Shown piece by piece: positions 1 to 9,436 of a stretch of DNA of 64,000 nucleotides (positions within the stretch are counted from its first letter, which is position 1; the number at the start of each line of letters is the position of its first letter). The notes beneath the pieces were generated by a model, which saw nothing but the letters and a program-made list of their open reading frames with translations, was not told where the DNA came from and ran no database searches. Both the position numbers and the translations under genes were made by a program. The stretch lies in the IMG/VR virus record IMGVR_UViG_3300005573_000069, positions 37,034 through 101,033 of that record; one strand, given 5' to 3'. Source of the DNA: a virus.

Positions 1-1068
1 CTTCGCATAGTCTCGTGCAATTGTCTGGCGAAAATGTTCTACTTTAAGTTTATTGTCTAGCATCAAAAATAGATGTTTACTGTATTCGGGGCAATTTGCC
101 ATTACATACAATGCAAACTCCTTTCGATTTTTATCTTTGATTTCTTCATATATTTTTCTTACCTTTTCTATCTCTAACCGTAAAACTGAATTTAATTGAG
201 ATGTCTTATCTTCAATCTCAATTCTAAATTCTTCGGGTAACTTTGTTATCAAATCGGCAATCTTTTCATCCTTCCATGCCTCTGCGATAGCTTTATCCGA
301 CAACCCACACACAATTTTATGCACCTTTTGGTATTCGGCACTCTTTACTTTAATCCTAAATCCATCGCTCCATCTTAAAACAAACCCTTCTTCTTGACTG
401 TCCAAGGTTACACATTTCTTTACTATTTCATCAATATTAGCTTCAACTTTTTCCGTTACAGGCATCTCCATATCACGCGCCAATTCACACAATTCCTCAT
501 ACGAGAAATCGTATCCGTTGTTACTATCTCGCGCACCAATCAAAATGAGATCAACAAAATTATAGTTGACTACAACCTTTGTTAGGGGATGTATGATCTC
601 AACCAAAAGTGTTATATCCGCAGGAATATTTTTGTTCCAATATTTTTCGTTCCAAATTTCTTGAGCGATTTTAGCCTGCTCAGACTCGAAACTGCCCCGA
701 GTTGCCCAAAATATTTTATTATCCAGGCGATAACTTATGCCTAAACTTCCGTCATATTTGACTGTTATTTCGGGCTGTTCATCGGGAATTTCGCCCTTGT
801 ATTCTCCAAGATTGAAGAATTTTGCGAACGGTAGAGAAATTATCCGCCTTGTTACCTTATCAAAAATTAATCCTCTGCAATTTAGTGTCGCCTCATTCCA
901 TAGCCTTTCAAACGAAGCCTTTAGCGTATAATTAGCAATACAAATTTTTGGATTATCGGGATGTTTCCTTTCAGTAATATATCCTTCTGCTAACATCTTG
1001 TTGTAATTATCTATAGTAATCCCGAGATCATCTAACAACACTTCGTATTCCTCCTGAAACATTATCAT
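1..1068 (-). CDS. RNA ligase, T4 Rnl1-like (3' end runs off window)
   Basis: Not in ORF track; translated manually. ATG at 1068 overlaps the stop of 1065..1367 and the frame is open to base 1. Motifs PFAKFFNLGE, TVKYDGSLG (motif I), LVEII, EEGFVLRW and RIKVKS. Confidence 0.85.
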   Translation of the reverse strand, partial: MIMFQEEYEVLLDDLGITIDNYNKMLAEGYITERKHPDNPKICIANYTLKASFERLWNEATLNCRGLIFDKVTRRIISLPFAKFFNLGEYKGEIPDEQPEITVKYDGSLGISYRLDNKIFWATRGSFESEQAKIAQEIWNEKYWNKNIPADITLLVEIIHPLTKVVVNYNFVDLILIGARDSNNGYDFSYEELCELARDMEMPVTEKVEANIDEIVKKCVTLDSQEEGFVLRWSDGFRIKVKSAEYQKVHKIVCGLSDKAIAEAWKDEKIADLITKLPEEFRIEIEDKTSQLNSVLRLEIEKVRKIYEEIKDKNRKEFALYVMANCPEYSKHLFLMLDNKLKVEHFRQTIARDYAK

Positions 1069-1367
1069 TCTTGAGATTTGTTACATGTGACTTCCGCTAT
1101 TCCCTGTAAATAGTTTTTGAGTATCCGAGCACCCCAACTCAAAACCTCATCTTTCTCGCAACCATACTCCATAAAAACCCACATTATATCAGACTTGAAT
1201 TCTTCAAATGCCTCTTCGGCTGTATCAGCCCAAGAATAAATTTCGAGTTCGGGCCATTGAAATGTAATACGCCCCTTTTTCTTGATAGGTTGAAAAACTA
1301 ATGGAGTCTTAAATGTAACTTTTATGCCATCACTTTCTATTGTTTGTAATTGATACATTATATACAA
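1065..1367 (-). CDS. HicB-like fold small protein
   Basis: WPELEIYSWADTAEEAFEEFKSDI resembles the HicB/UPF0150 N-terminal motif. Confidence 0.45.
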   Translation of the reverse strand: MYIMYQLQTIESDGIKVTFKTPLVFQPIKKKGRITFQWPELEIYSWADTAEEAFEEFKSDIMWVFMEYGCEKDEVLSWGARILKNYLQGIAEVTCNKSQE

Positions 1368-1372
1368 CTCCC

Positions 1373-1867
1373 TTAATTATCTTTAGTAACCTCCTTAACA
1401 TTTGTTGGATAAATGTATAACTCAAAGCGGTCCCATCTGCTATCATATGCTGCAATTGCCGTGAAAACAGCTAAACATCCTTTCTTTTTTAAATCACTTA
1501 TACACACCATTCTTCCTACAAGAGTAAAAGATCGTGCATCTTCTTCCTTGTCCAGGTAAAATTTTGAATTGTTATATTTGAAACCAACTCCTACACTACC
1601 ACAATTTCCTAAAATTATTAATTCATTTTCCAAATCTAAAACAATACTCTTAGTAGAATTAATCCACAACTCGAAGTTTGACCGACTACCATCAATATTT
1701 TCTCTGAATAGTAATTCTGCTCTACACCCTTCTTCATCTAAATTAGATAAAGGGATAATAGTGCCGTCAATGCTTCTTTGGACTCTACCCTGAATACGTC
1801 TTTTTTCGTCGTACTTAAACACCATTTCTTCGTTGCCACAATGTCCAAGACTCAAATATTTCATCAT
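1373..1867 (-). CDS. hypothetical phage protein
   Basis: 164-aa ORF, RBS, coupled to neighbours. Confidence 0.7.
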   Translation of the reverse strand: MMKYLSLGHCGNEEMVFKYDEKRRIQGRVQRSIDGTIIPLSNLDEEGCRAELLFRENIDGSRSNFELWINSTKSIVLDLENELIILGNCGSVGVGFKYNNSKFYLDKEEDARSFTLVGRMVCISDLKKKGCLAVFTAIAAYDSRWDRFELYIYPTNVKEVTKDN

Positions 1868-2664
1868 TATTCCTCTCCTTTTCCTTTTTCATACACAAAA
1901 AACTTTTTCCCAACTATACCAAGAGGAACTCTTCCCATTTCCCAAATCTTCACAAGCGGTTCCCATGGATTTCGGAAATCTACCAAATCTTCTGCACTTA
2001 GGTATTCCACACTACTGCAACTGTCCATCAAAAGTCGTATAATCATACCGCTTCTCATCCAATATCTTTCTGCAAGTATGTCCCACGTTGCACCGCTAGC
2101 CATCTTATATGCGCGTTTTCTATCGTTATCACCCTTTACCGATTCATACGTTGCTGTTATTGCCCTACTCCATGCTCTGCTGTTTTTTACTTTATCCGAT
2201 ATGTCTTCAGCTACTCCAAGATCGTCTATGACTTCCAACGTTACCTTTGGCACTCGTCCAAATCGACTCAGTATTTCCAGATGCTTATTTACTAAATTGC
2301 CTATTTCTTCATGAGTAGCTCCAGGCTTACCAAAGTCTATACTCAGCAACCGATTAATTTGTTCTAGAATTTTTTGCCCATTAGGTCCAAAAGCATCCGC
2401 CAAGGGTAATTCCTTTTCTATAAACACCTTTTTAAACACCAACAAATCATCATCACTCTCAAAATCACCCAATATTTGCCCTTCAAAAATACGAACAGGC
2501 CATAACCCTTTGCGTATAAATAACGTGTATGCCAAATTGGCACCCCCGAATTGCCAATGTACCGATGTTACTTCTTTAGATATTCCATAGGTTATATCGG
2601 GAGTCCAACATGCCGCACCCTCCATACTTGTAGTCAAATATACCTTTTGCATCTTTATTTGCAC
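1867..2664 (-). CDS. hypothetical phage protein
   Basis: 265-aa ORF with AGGAGG RBS. Confidence 0.75.
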   Translation of the reverse strand: MQIKMQKVYLTTSMEGAACWTPDITYGISKEVTSVHWQFGGANLAYTLFIRKGLWPVRIFEGQILGDFESDDDLLVFKKVFIEKELPLADAFGPNGQKILEQINRLLSIDFGKPGATHEEIGNLVNKHLEILSRFGRVPKVTLEVIDDLGVAEDISDKVKNSRAWSRAITATYESVKGDNDRKRAYKMASGATWDILAERYWMRSGMIIRLLMDSCSSVEYLSAEDLVDFRNPWEPLVKIWEMGRVPLGIVGKKFFVYEKGKGEE

Positions 2665-2676
2665 CTCCTCTTTTGG

Positions 2677-2784
2677 CTATTTGCCATTAATTGTTTTACT
2701 AATGTTATTTACTATCTTGGCCAGACTAGGCAGTAACACACTAATCAAAAACATCGAAACTGTAGCAGGAATTACATATTCCAT
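2677..2784 (-). CDS. small hydrophobic peptide (35 aa)
   Basis: Manual translation MEYVIPATVSMFLISVLLPSLAKIVNNISKTINGK, with AAAGGA RBS. Confidence 0.5.
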   Translation of the reverse strand: MEYVIPATVSMFLISVLLPSLAKIVNNISKTINGK

Positions 2785-2807
2785 TTTTATCGTCCTTTCA
2801 AAAATAT

Positions 2808-2894
2808 TGGTGCCGATGGAGGGATTCGAACCCTCATGATATTGCTATCGACGGATTTTAAGTCCGTTGTGTCTGCCTATTCCACCACATCGGC
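2808..2894 (-). tRNA. tRNA-Leu(UAA)
   Basis: GCCGATG/CATCGGC acceptor stem, TAA anticodon, long variable arm, GTTCGAATC, encoded CCA. Confidence 0.95.
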
Positions 2895-2919
2895 ACTTAT
2901 TTCTATCTACTTTCCTATA

Positions 2920-2948
2920 ACTATATCACTACTTGCGTCCTTTGTCAA
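2920..2948 (-). promoter_or_regulatory. sigma-A/70 promoter for tRNA-Leu
   Basis: TTGACA-17-TATAGT on minus strand just upstream of the tRNA. Confidence 0.75.
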
Positions 2949-2975
2949 GCAAAATTTTTTCAACCGCCCTGTTAC

Positions 2976-3080
2976 TCAAAAATTAACCACTTCTTTTTCT
3001 TCATTATCGTCTGCACCAATTTCAATCTTTTCTACTTCCAAAACTTTGCCGTCCTTGTCTTCCAAAATCACTACAATCAT
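2976..3080 (-). CDS. small acidic peptide (34 aa)
   Basis: Manual translation MIVVILEDKDGKVLEVEKIEIGADDNEEKEVVNF, AGGAGG RBS. Confidence 0.5.
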   Translation of the reverse strand: MIVVILEDKDGKVLEVEKIEIGADDNEEKEVVNF

Positions 3081-3092
3081 TTTTATTACCTC

Positions 3093-4367
3093 CTAAAAAT
3101 CAGCCTCATTTTTGTCGTCTCTTAGCCGCATAAAAACGGGAAACCTCAATGACAGCGCGTCATTTTTACTGTTCTTACTTTCCTCAAAATATTTAATGGT
3201 TGCAATTTTACCCATGTATTTGTCTTGATTATCCCATATTTCTTCGCGATCTTCGTCCAAAAAGCCCGTACCAACCTTAACGGTATTGCCTTTATACGCT
3301 ACCATTAAGGCTCCCAACATCCCTTCATACTTTCCTGTTCCCTCTTCAAAGCCTATAATCCTCAAGTCAGCCTCTTTAAATGATTTGACTTTAAGTAATT
3401 CCTTAGTACGCTTAAACTCATACTTTCCGTCCGCAGTATTAACCATAATCCCTTCTACTCCATTAGTGTTAGCCCATTTGAGGTAATCCGCTATCTTACT
3501 TTTGTCATTACCCACATACAACATGCGCACTTCCTTAAGGAATTTCAGTTTATTGTCAAACGCCACAAAGACATCATGTATTAACCTCTTGCGCTCAATA
3601 CACGGATCATACGCCTTCTTGTTTTGGAATTGACTCAAAGGTAAGCAATCAAAAACATGAAATTCAAGTCCCGTTTTGACACCATCCCTTTGAGTAATCT
3701 TAACAGTTTCTCGATACAAGTCCTTACTATGAAGCGATTTTCCGTTAATGGCAATCAATTCACCGTCATAAACATAATTGTTCAAAAGATGTTCCGCTTC
3801 GTTCTCAATCTCGATCATTCCTTCAAACTGCTTCCCTTGACGGCTTATGATTGAGATATTATTATTCTCCTTAATCAATATAGCCCTTACACCATCTAGC
3901 TTCGGCGTGAGTATAAATTCATCTCTTACATGATCTTCATAGTCGAAATAACTATATGCCAACATAACCTCAAAACTAGGAATCAGTTTGGGCCACACCT
4001 TATTTACCGTCTTATAGTCACAACCAATTCTCAAATCCTTGAGAATAATACGCCTGTACCAATCTTTATATTCTTCCGGCTGACTATCTACAAAATTATT
4101 AACCAATTCCTTTTCGGCAAAGGAACCGGTATTGTGTTGTCTTAGATAGTCCAGCAGTTGAAATACGTTTTGAAATTTTGCTTCTTTAGAGGAAAAATAT
4201 TCGTCGAAAGTTTTGGAACCAATCCCATAGACATAGTAAGGATTGAGTGCATACAGCAACGTTTGCTTCAGAGATTCGTTATCCCTGTTACGTTGCAGAA
4301 TTGCAATTTTGTCAGATGTACTAGAAGTACTTTCGATTTTTTCAAGAATTTCAAAGACATCTTGCAT
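3093..4367 (-). CDS. ATP-dependent DNA ligase
   Basis: TPKLDGVR (motif I), YDGEL, FHVFD, EGIMV, KVK, OB-fold VKVGTGF and LRFPVF. Confidence 0.95.
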   Translation of the reverse strand: MQDVFEILEKIESTSSTSDKIAILQRNRDNESLKQTLLYALNPYYVYGIGSKTFDEYFSSKEAKFQNVFQLLDYLRQHNTGSFAEKELVNNFVDSQPEEYKDWYRRIILKDLRIGCDYKTVNKVWPKLIPSFEVMLAYSYFDYEDHVRDEFILTPKLDGVRAILIKENNNISIISRQGKQFEGMIEIENEAEHLLNNYVYDGELIAINGKSLHSKDLYRETVKITQRDGVKTGLEFHVFDCLPLSQFQNKKAYDPCIERKRLIHDVFVAFDNKLKFLKEVRMLYVGNDKSKIADYLKWANTNGVEGIMVNTADGKYEFKRTKELLKVKSFKEADLRIIGFEEGTGKYEGMLGALMVAYKGNTVKVGTGFLDEDREEIWDNQDKYMGKIATIKYFEESKNSKNDALSLRFPVFMRLRDDKNEADF

Positions 4368-4389
4368 GTTAATCTCCCTTTCAATTTTT

Positions 4390-4421
4390 TATGTACAGGC
4401 CGGTTTTTCACCCGGTCGGCC
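4390..4421 (-). promoter_or_regulatory. hairpin-TACATA junction element (before DNA ligase)
   Basis: Imperfect GGCC..GGCC stem, then TACATAA, then GGGAG RBS on minus strand. Confidence 0.7.
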
Positions 4422-4520
4422 AGCCGGAAATAAGTTATGTCTTTTCTATTGTCCAAACGATCTTAGATGTTTCAAGTAACCAGGCACTTGTTTATCGAGT
4501 TCCAACAACATCTCCTCTAG

Positions 4521-4937
4521 TCATCCATCAGCAATATCCGCAGCAAACTCCATACACCCATCAACGTCCATGCCAATCTGAGTCCAAATATATTCACCAT
4601 CGTCTTCACTTTTATCTACAAAACTTAAACCGTAGTTTATTGAATATCCGTGTTTTCTACCATCCGGAAGTGCTATGCAATCTATTCCCGGAAACTCATA
4701 GCCTGGTAATATATCCTTTATCTCCTTGACAAGCTGATTAGTAGCTGCAAATAGCCTATGATATGTGTCGCGTGATCCTTTCGTGATCTGTTCTTTCTTT
4801 GAAAGTACAGGATAACCTTCGTGTTCAAGGTACTTATAGGCACATTTCAGCAAGGGACGTATCTTAGCACTCCCCTACTTTAATACCGCAATTGCTGCCA
4901 TTATCTCTTTTGTTGTATATTCTTTCATTTTAACCAT
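4521..4937 (-). pseudogene. hypothetical gene with in-frame TAG at 4875-4877
   Basis: RBS and ATG at 4937/4928 are in frame with track ORF 4521..4853, separated by one amber codon. Confidence 0.55.
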
Positions 4938-4980
4938 CCCTTCCTTTCCCCTGCCATCCTTCTTTGTCGGCTACGGGCTA

Positions 4981-5009
4981 TATGTATGAGCCAAGGCTAA
5001 AGCCCTGGC
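4981..5009 (-). promoter_or_regulatory. hairpin-TACATA junction element
   Basis: GCCAGGGC-TTTA-GCCTTGGC stem, then CATACATA. Confidence 0.65.
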
Positions 5010-5016
5010 AACCGGG

Positions 5017-5775
5017 TTATATATGCCGGGTAGTAATCTTTGGGATGCCAAGACCCAAGGCAATAGCCTCATGCGGTTCCACTTCGCGGGGTCTTCCAGC
5101 CTCGCCCAACCGCATGAGGATTGAACCTCTGCGTTTGACCCTCCATTGTCGCCAAACAGCAGCGGAGGGATCGCCAGTAACCAGAGAAATGTCTCCATTT
5201 CCCTGGAGATCTACATGAACAGCTTGACAATTTTTAACAGAGTAAATGTCTTGACGTGCCACCAAAACAAACATTCCCGGAGCTGGAACCAACCGGTATA
5301 TGTCTATCCCGGCAGCAGAGCCTGCTTCCTCAAAAGTATAATCTAGCCAAACATGGCCAAAATACGACAATTCTATACCTGGTTTACTGACAGATGAAGG
5401 CCCCACAAGAGCCAACCCCCATCTGCCATTTTGCGATACTTCTCGGAAGAGAGTTATTGTTTCCTCCTTTACCGCCGCTTTTGTTGGCAACGGCACAACT
5501 GTTACTTTGTAGGTGACAGGCTCAGCTGCGATCCTCCGAAGAGTCTCCAAATCGAGTTCTTTTCCCCGGAGCTCGGCACTAAGATTGAGAGGGATTTCTG
5601 TAACACTAGCAGCTAGTGCCGCCAATGAAAGTGGAAGTATACCGATAACATGTTTCCCGCGCACATCCTGCGGGGTGGCGTGCGGAATGACACGCACGCC
5701 TTCTTCGATTAGCCCACGCTCCTGAAGGAGCGCGACCAAAGCCGGGTGACGGGTTACGACAATGGTATTTTCCAT
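5017..5775 (-). CDS. Csx16/Crn1-like (TIGR02620-type) domain fused to unknown C-terminal domain
   Basis: N-terminal VVTRHPAL...PHAT...VIGILPLSLAA...LRGKELDLE pattern matches Csx16 (Cas_VVA1548). Confidence 0.65.
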   Translation of the reverse strand: MENTIVVTRHPALVALLQERGLIEEGVRVIPHATPQDVRGKHVIGILPLSLAALAASVTEIPLNLSAELRGKELDLETLRRIAAEPVTYKVTVVPLPTKAAVKEETITLFREVSQNGRWGLALVGPSSVSKPGIELSYFGHVWLDYTFEEAGSAAGIDIYRLVPAPGMFVLVARQDIYSVKNCQAVHVDLQGNGDISLVTGDPSAAVWRQWRVKRRGSILMRLGEAGRPREVEPHEAIALGLGIPKITTRHI

Positions 5776-5817
5776 TTGTATTCTCCTTTCTCGTACCTTT
5801 TACTTATAAGAGAATTA

Positions 5818-6312
5818 CTAATCAAAAACCACTCGTATTTCTGCCGGTCGTCCATTTCTATATCGCACATACACCGGATAAACACCGTCTCCATCACCCG
5901 TGCGACATACTGCCCATCTTGCAGATGAATTAGCATTCTGCGGATCGAACTTAAAAATATCCGCATTCGTTCTATCTACTTTTTCAAAAACATGGGACAG
6001 AGTACTGTTATCGTATACAATTGTTGTCATAACTCCTGTCTGGTGTAATTTCGCCTCCCATAAATTTACCTCTTCACCGGGCACCATAACTGACCAAGTT
6101 TCGGGAATCGTATCAGGAGTCAATGTAGCTGTATAACCTGCACTCTTAATAATTTTCAACGCTTGAGGAGCAGATGCCCCCCAAAAACGAATCATACCTG
6201 TAGGGGAACATTCCTTTTCTTTTTTCCAATCATTTTCAAAAAACCACGGATCTCCTAATACTAGTGTACCTGTTTCAATCGAAACGTGACCAATTAGCTC
6301 AAAGCCTTTCAT
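5818..6312 (-). CDS. hypothetical protein, DUF4241-like
   Basis: TGTLVLGDP...GDGDGVYPVY; start moved to 6312 after RBS. Confidence 0.6.
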   Translation of the reverse strand: MKGFELIGHVSIETGTLVLGDPWFFENDWKKEKECSPTGMIRFWGASAPQALKIIKSAGYTATLTPDTIPETWSVMVPGEEVNLWEAKLHQTGVMTTIVYDNSTLSHVFEKVDRTNADIFKFDPQNANSSARWAVCRTGDGDGVYPVYVRYRNGRPAEIRVVFD

Positions 6313-6341
6313 ATCTACCTCAATACTCCTTTTCATTTTAT

Positions 6342-6366
6342 TATGTACAGGCACCTATCAGGTGCC
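6342..6366 (-). promoter_or_regulatory. hairpin-TACATA junction element
   Basis: GGCACCT-GAT-AGGTGCC, then TGTACATAA and AAGGAG. Confidence 0.75.
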
Positions 6367-6705
6367 CAATCCCTCTTTTTTGACATCCAGCATCTGTTCT
6401 AGGATATTTGCCTTCTCATTAATTTCCGCCTTATTATTTCTTATATTTTCGCATATTACCTCCAGCAACCGGCTATTACAAACATCGTGTGCGAATTCCT
6501 TTGCAACCTGAGAATTAGCTCCTACCCACACATCGTCATAATTGCGGATACTACCTTGCGAACTGACGTAATATCCGTATGGCAATTGGCATCTTTCCGG
6601 CAGACAATCTGCCATCAGTTTGGAAAGACATCTTACATTTTCCCACAGACGTTCTTCCGCGATCTTATACTCTTCACAAACCTTCTTCAATTCCTCCAAC
6701 ATCAT
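6358..6705 (-). CDS. hypothetical protein
   Basis: Start likely 6705 (MMLEEL) after AAGGTGGAG. Confidence 0.65.
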   Translation of the reverse strand: MMLEELKKVCEEYKIAEERLWENVRCLSKLMADCLPERCQLPYGYYVSSQGSIRNYDDVWVGANSQVAKEFAHDVCNSRLLEVICENIRNNKAEINEKANILEQMLDVKKEGLGT

Positions 6706-6724
6706 AACTCCACCTTTCTCTAAA

Positions 6725-7033
6725 CTAAGATTGTTCCCAATCTGGCACATAGCCATATTTCTCCCTAGCTTTCTTAACAGCATCTTCAAATTTTTGACGA
6801 TTTTCCGCAAGAAGTATTTTAGCTTGTTCAATCACACTTTTCTGAGTACGCCCAAATATATTTAAGTGTACTCCAGTTGACATTTCGGTAATAATCCACG
6901 GCTTCTCTTTAAGATAATTTACTTTTCTCAAAAAGAATCTATATTTATCATCAATTACCACTTCTTTACCTGGAACGCGCTCATAAAACGTTCCACCATT
7001 CCCATCACTTGCATGAATATAATACTCTTTCAT
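6725..7033 (-). CDS. hypothetical protein
   Basis: Start likely 7033 (MKEYYIH) after AGGAGG. Confidence 0.65.
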   Translation of the reverse strand: MKEYYIHASDGNGGTFYERVPGKEVVIDDKYRFFLRKVNYLKEKPWIITEMSTGVHLNIFGRTQKSVIEQAKILLAENRQKFEDAVKKAREKYGYVPDWEQS

Positions 7034-7049
7034 CTTTAAAAATCCTCCT

Positions 7050-7310
7050 TTAACCTGCTTTTCTCTGAGAAATATATGCCGCGAGCTTAACCGCCTCATC
7101 AAAATTGGTCGCTTTTCCCATCGCTAACTGAAAATAACACATGATGTCAAAAGACTTTATAATTTTTTGTTCTAACTGGGCAGCGAACTCTTTTTTGAGT
7201 TCGCTATAAAGATGACTTTTCTTAACACCTTTAAGACAAAGATCCTGTAGTTTTTCCCTAATAATTTCGTGCAATTTAGGATCATAATGTCTATTCGTCA
7301 TGACGATCAC
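7050..7310 (-). CDS. hypothetical protein
   Basis: Track ORF, coupled to upstream gene. Confidence 0.6.
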   Translation of the reverse strand: MIVMTNRHYDPKLHEIIREKLQDLCLKGVKKSHLYSELKKEFAAQLEQKIIKSFDIMCYFQLAMGKATNFDEAVKLAAYISQRKAG

Positions 7311-7531
7311 TCCTCAAAGATATTAGCGTCAACAAATTCCTGGAATCCTGCCGGTTCATTCGATGAAAGCAGCAACCAATCAGGAACATCGGCATCCGGA
7401 AATTCACCAAAATCTACTAAACCACCGTTTTTCATCCATATACCATCTTCGGCCACGTATGATGTCAACAACGCCCTATTCTCACGAGTATCTGCTAGAC
7501 CACAATAATCCAAAAATTCGCGAGCTGTCAT
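7307..7531 (-). CDS. hypothetical acidic protein
   Basis: Track ORF with AAGGAG RBS. Confidence 0.65.
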   Translation of the reverse strand: MTAREFLDYCGLADTRENRALLTSYVAEDGIWMKNGGLVDFGEFPDADVPDWLLLSSNEPAGFQEFVDANIFEE

Positions 7532-7602
7532 CTTAACTCTTCTCCTTATCTTGGTTTATTTATGCCCGTTTTTGAATGGAACGGGCAAACCATTGTTTAA
7601 CT

Positions 7603-7830
7603 CTATCTTTCCCATTCGGCTAGAAAGTTATCGCCATCCTGATACACCCTGAAACCATCTGGATTTTCAGCCATATAAGCCTCAAAATCCTCTTCACCGT
7701 CAAACCATGCTTGCCAAAGTTTTTGGCTAACGTCCAGCACATCATAATTACGCGCCGGATCACCACCAAAACGAGATACTGACACAAATCTCTGGAGACC
7801 ATCGAAACTCTTAATAGTGGAAATCCTCAC
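7603..7830 (-). CDS. hypothetical protein
   Basis: Track ORF with AAGGAGG RBS. Confidence 0.6.
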   Translation of the reverse strand: MRISTIKSFDGLQRFVSVSRFGGDPARNYDVLDVSQKLWQAWFDGEEDFEAYMAENPDGFRVYQDGDNFLAEWER

Positions 7831-7842
7831 TGCTATCCCTCC

Positions 7843-8154
7843 TTATGCTTCTTCAGCATATTCGGGAAAAAGCTCCAGTATCTTCTCGGAACCCCCATGG
7901 GACTCCAAGAATCGAATCGCCGTAGTTTCGTCAATCGGTTCTATTGCTTCCGAACCACCCATACCATTTCCTACAGGCACGGCCATATCAGTCATGGCCC
8001 CACCTACATGATGAATAAAGTATGCTCCTTTTTTGGTACGGTACAATGTCTTTTCCCGATACTTAAAATCACTTACATACCGCCCATTAAACCAGTCATG
8101 AATCAATTCCGCCGTTTCCGTGTCATACAGCTTCCCCTCAATCACCTGACGCAC
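7843..8154 (-). CDS. hypothetical phage early protein
   Basis: GKLYDTETA...ETLYRTKKGAYF pattern; AGGAGG RBS. Confidence 0.75.
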   Translation of the reverse strand: MRQVIEGKLYDTETAELIHDWFNGRYVSDFKYREKTLYRTKKGAYFIHHVGGAMTDMAVPVGNGMGGSEAIEPIDETTAIRFLESHGGSEKILELFPEYAEEA

Positions 8155-8287
8155 CGCGCGTCACCCTCCTTGCCCAACACGGGCTATTTATTTTCGGAGC
8201 ACCTTGCTCCTGGAAGTGGGCTGTTGACGGCCAACCCACTAGAACCGATATATATCACGGTGAACGAATTCTCTTCACAAAAATCAC

Positions 8288-9412
8288 CTATCCCTCTGTA
8301 TATATTTGTTCAATCTCTAAAACAGGCACAATTTCCTTTTCTTGTACTGGCCCAGTAATAACCGAATTAATATTCTCCTTAAAGTCTGCAAGCATACATT
8401 CTATGCGCTTGCTAACATTGTGCTGACTTGCAGTTTTATCTTCACAAGCCAATTTATAGGGGGTGTTACTTCCACGCCCCGTATTGGTGCGCAGGAAATT
8501 TGCACACCAGGCGCCAAATTTACTGGCGCCAATTTCGTCTTCCATTGCAATTTTTGCTATATATGCTACAATAGGGATATGCAATTTGCGTAACTCCTTG
8601 ATCTTTCCACTTTGGTGTACGGTAGGTGCATTTTCGAATGCCTTAGAAAGGTATTCATACACGTTAATGACTGAATTAACTTCTCTCCGGAAACCTACTA
8701 CATCGGTTTCCTTCAACTGCTTTATATCCTCTATAAAACTCTCCATTTCCTTTTTGCCAAGCCCTACCTTACCATCATAGTAAGACAAAGCCAAGCTTTG
8801 CAATATAATTTCCTCGTCTATAAAACCGTTCTTCATTGTATCAGACAGATTAGCATATTTTGTAAAGAACGGCATATTGCCAATTTGCCTAATTTCGTCA
8901 AGCATGAAATCACAATTAATACGCAGCAATTCCATGCGAGACAATGCCGTCCCACGATTCAACCGATAGAACAGGTTCCGAACCTGCTCATCGGTTAGCG
9001 ATTTATACACCCGGAAATTGAACGGATGTGACCCAATTTCGCTCTGAATCACTTGTGGCAATTCCGAGAATTTCTTGCCACAAATGTCCTTCATAGAAAC
9101 TTCGTACTCTTTCAACCATTTTTCATCAATGTCGTCAAACTCCTCTGGCGTCGCAAATTCATCCCGCAAAAACGAACATACCGTAAGTATACGCTGTTTA
9201 CCATCCAACATGTATAATATGTCAGACGATTCAACACCGTACAAATACGGTATGTCATAATTCTCCAAAATGGAAGCAATGAGCATCTGTTTCTGCTCCA
9301 GCTTCCAGACGCTATTCCTTTGAATTCTCAAGTCTAAATTAATCTTACCTTCTTTGACGCCCTTAGCAATTGAGCGCAAGCTCAGTTGCTTCGTCATCGG
9401 CTTGTCAATCAC
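8288..9412 (-). CDS. DUF262 (ParB/Srx-fold, GmrSD N-terminal-like) domain protein
   Basis: IQRNSVW...LIASIL...IP...LDGKQR...F.RLNRG signature. Confidence 0.85.
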   Translation of the reverse strand: MIDKPMTKQLSLRSIAKGVKEGKINLDLRIQRNSVWKLEQKQMLIASILENYDIPYLYGVESSDILYMLDGKQRILTVCSFLRDEFATPEEFDDIDEKWLKEYEVSMKDICGKKFSELPQVIQSEIGSHPFNFRVYKSLTDEQVRNLFYRLNRGTALSRMELLRINCDFMLDEIRQIGNMPFFTKYANLSDTMKNGFIDEEIILQSLALSYYDGKVGLGKKEMESFIEDIKQLKETDVVGFRREVNSVINVYEYLSKAFENAPTVHQSGKIKELRKLHIPIVAYIAKIAMEDEIGASKFGAWCANFLRTNTGRGSNTPYKLACEDKTASQHNVSKRIECMLADFKENINSVITGPVQEKEIVPVLEIEQIYTEG

Positions 9413-9436
9413 TTCTATCGCCGTCCTTTCACAATT

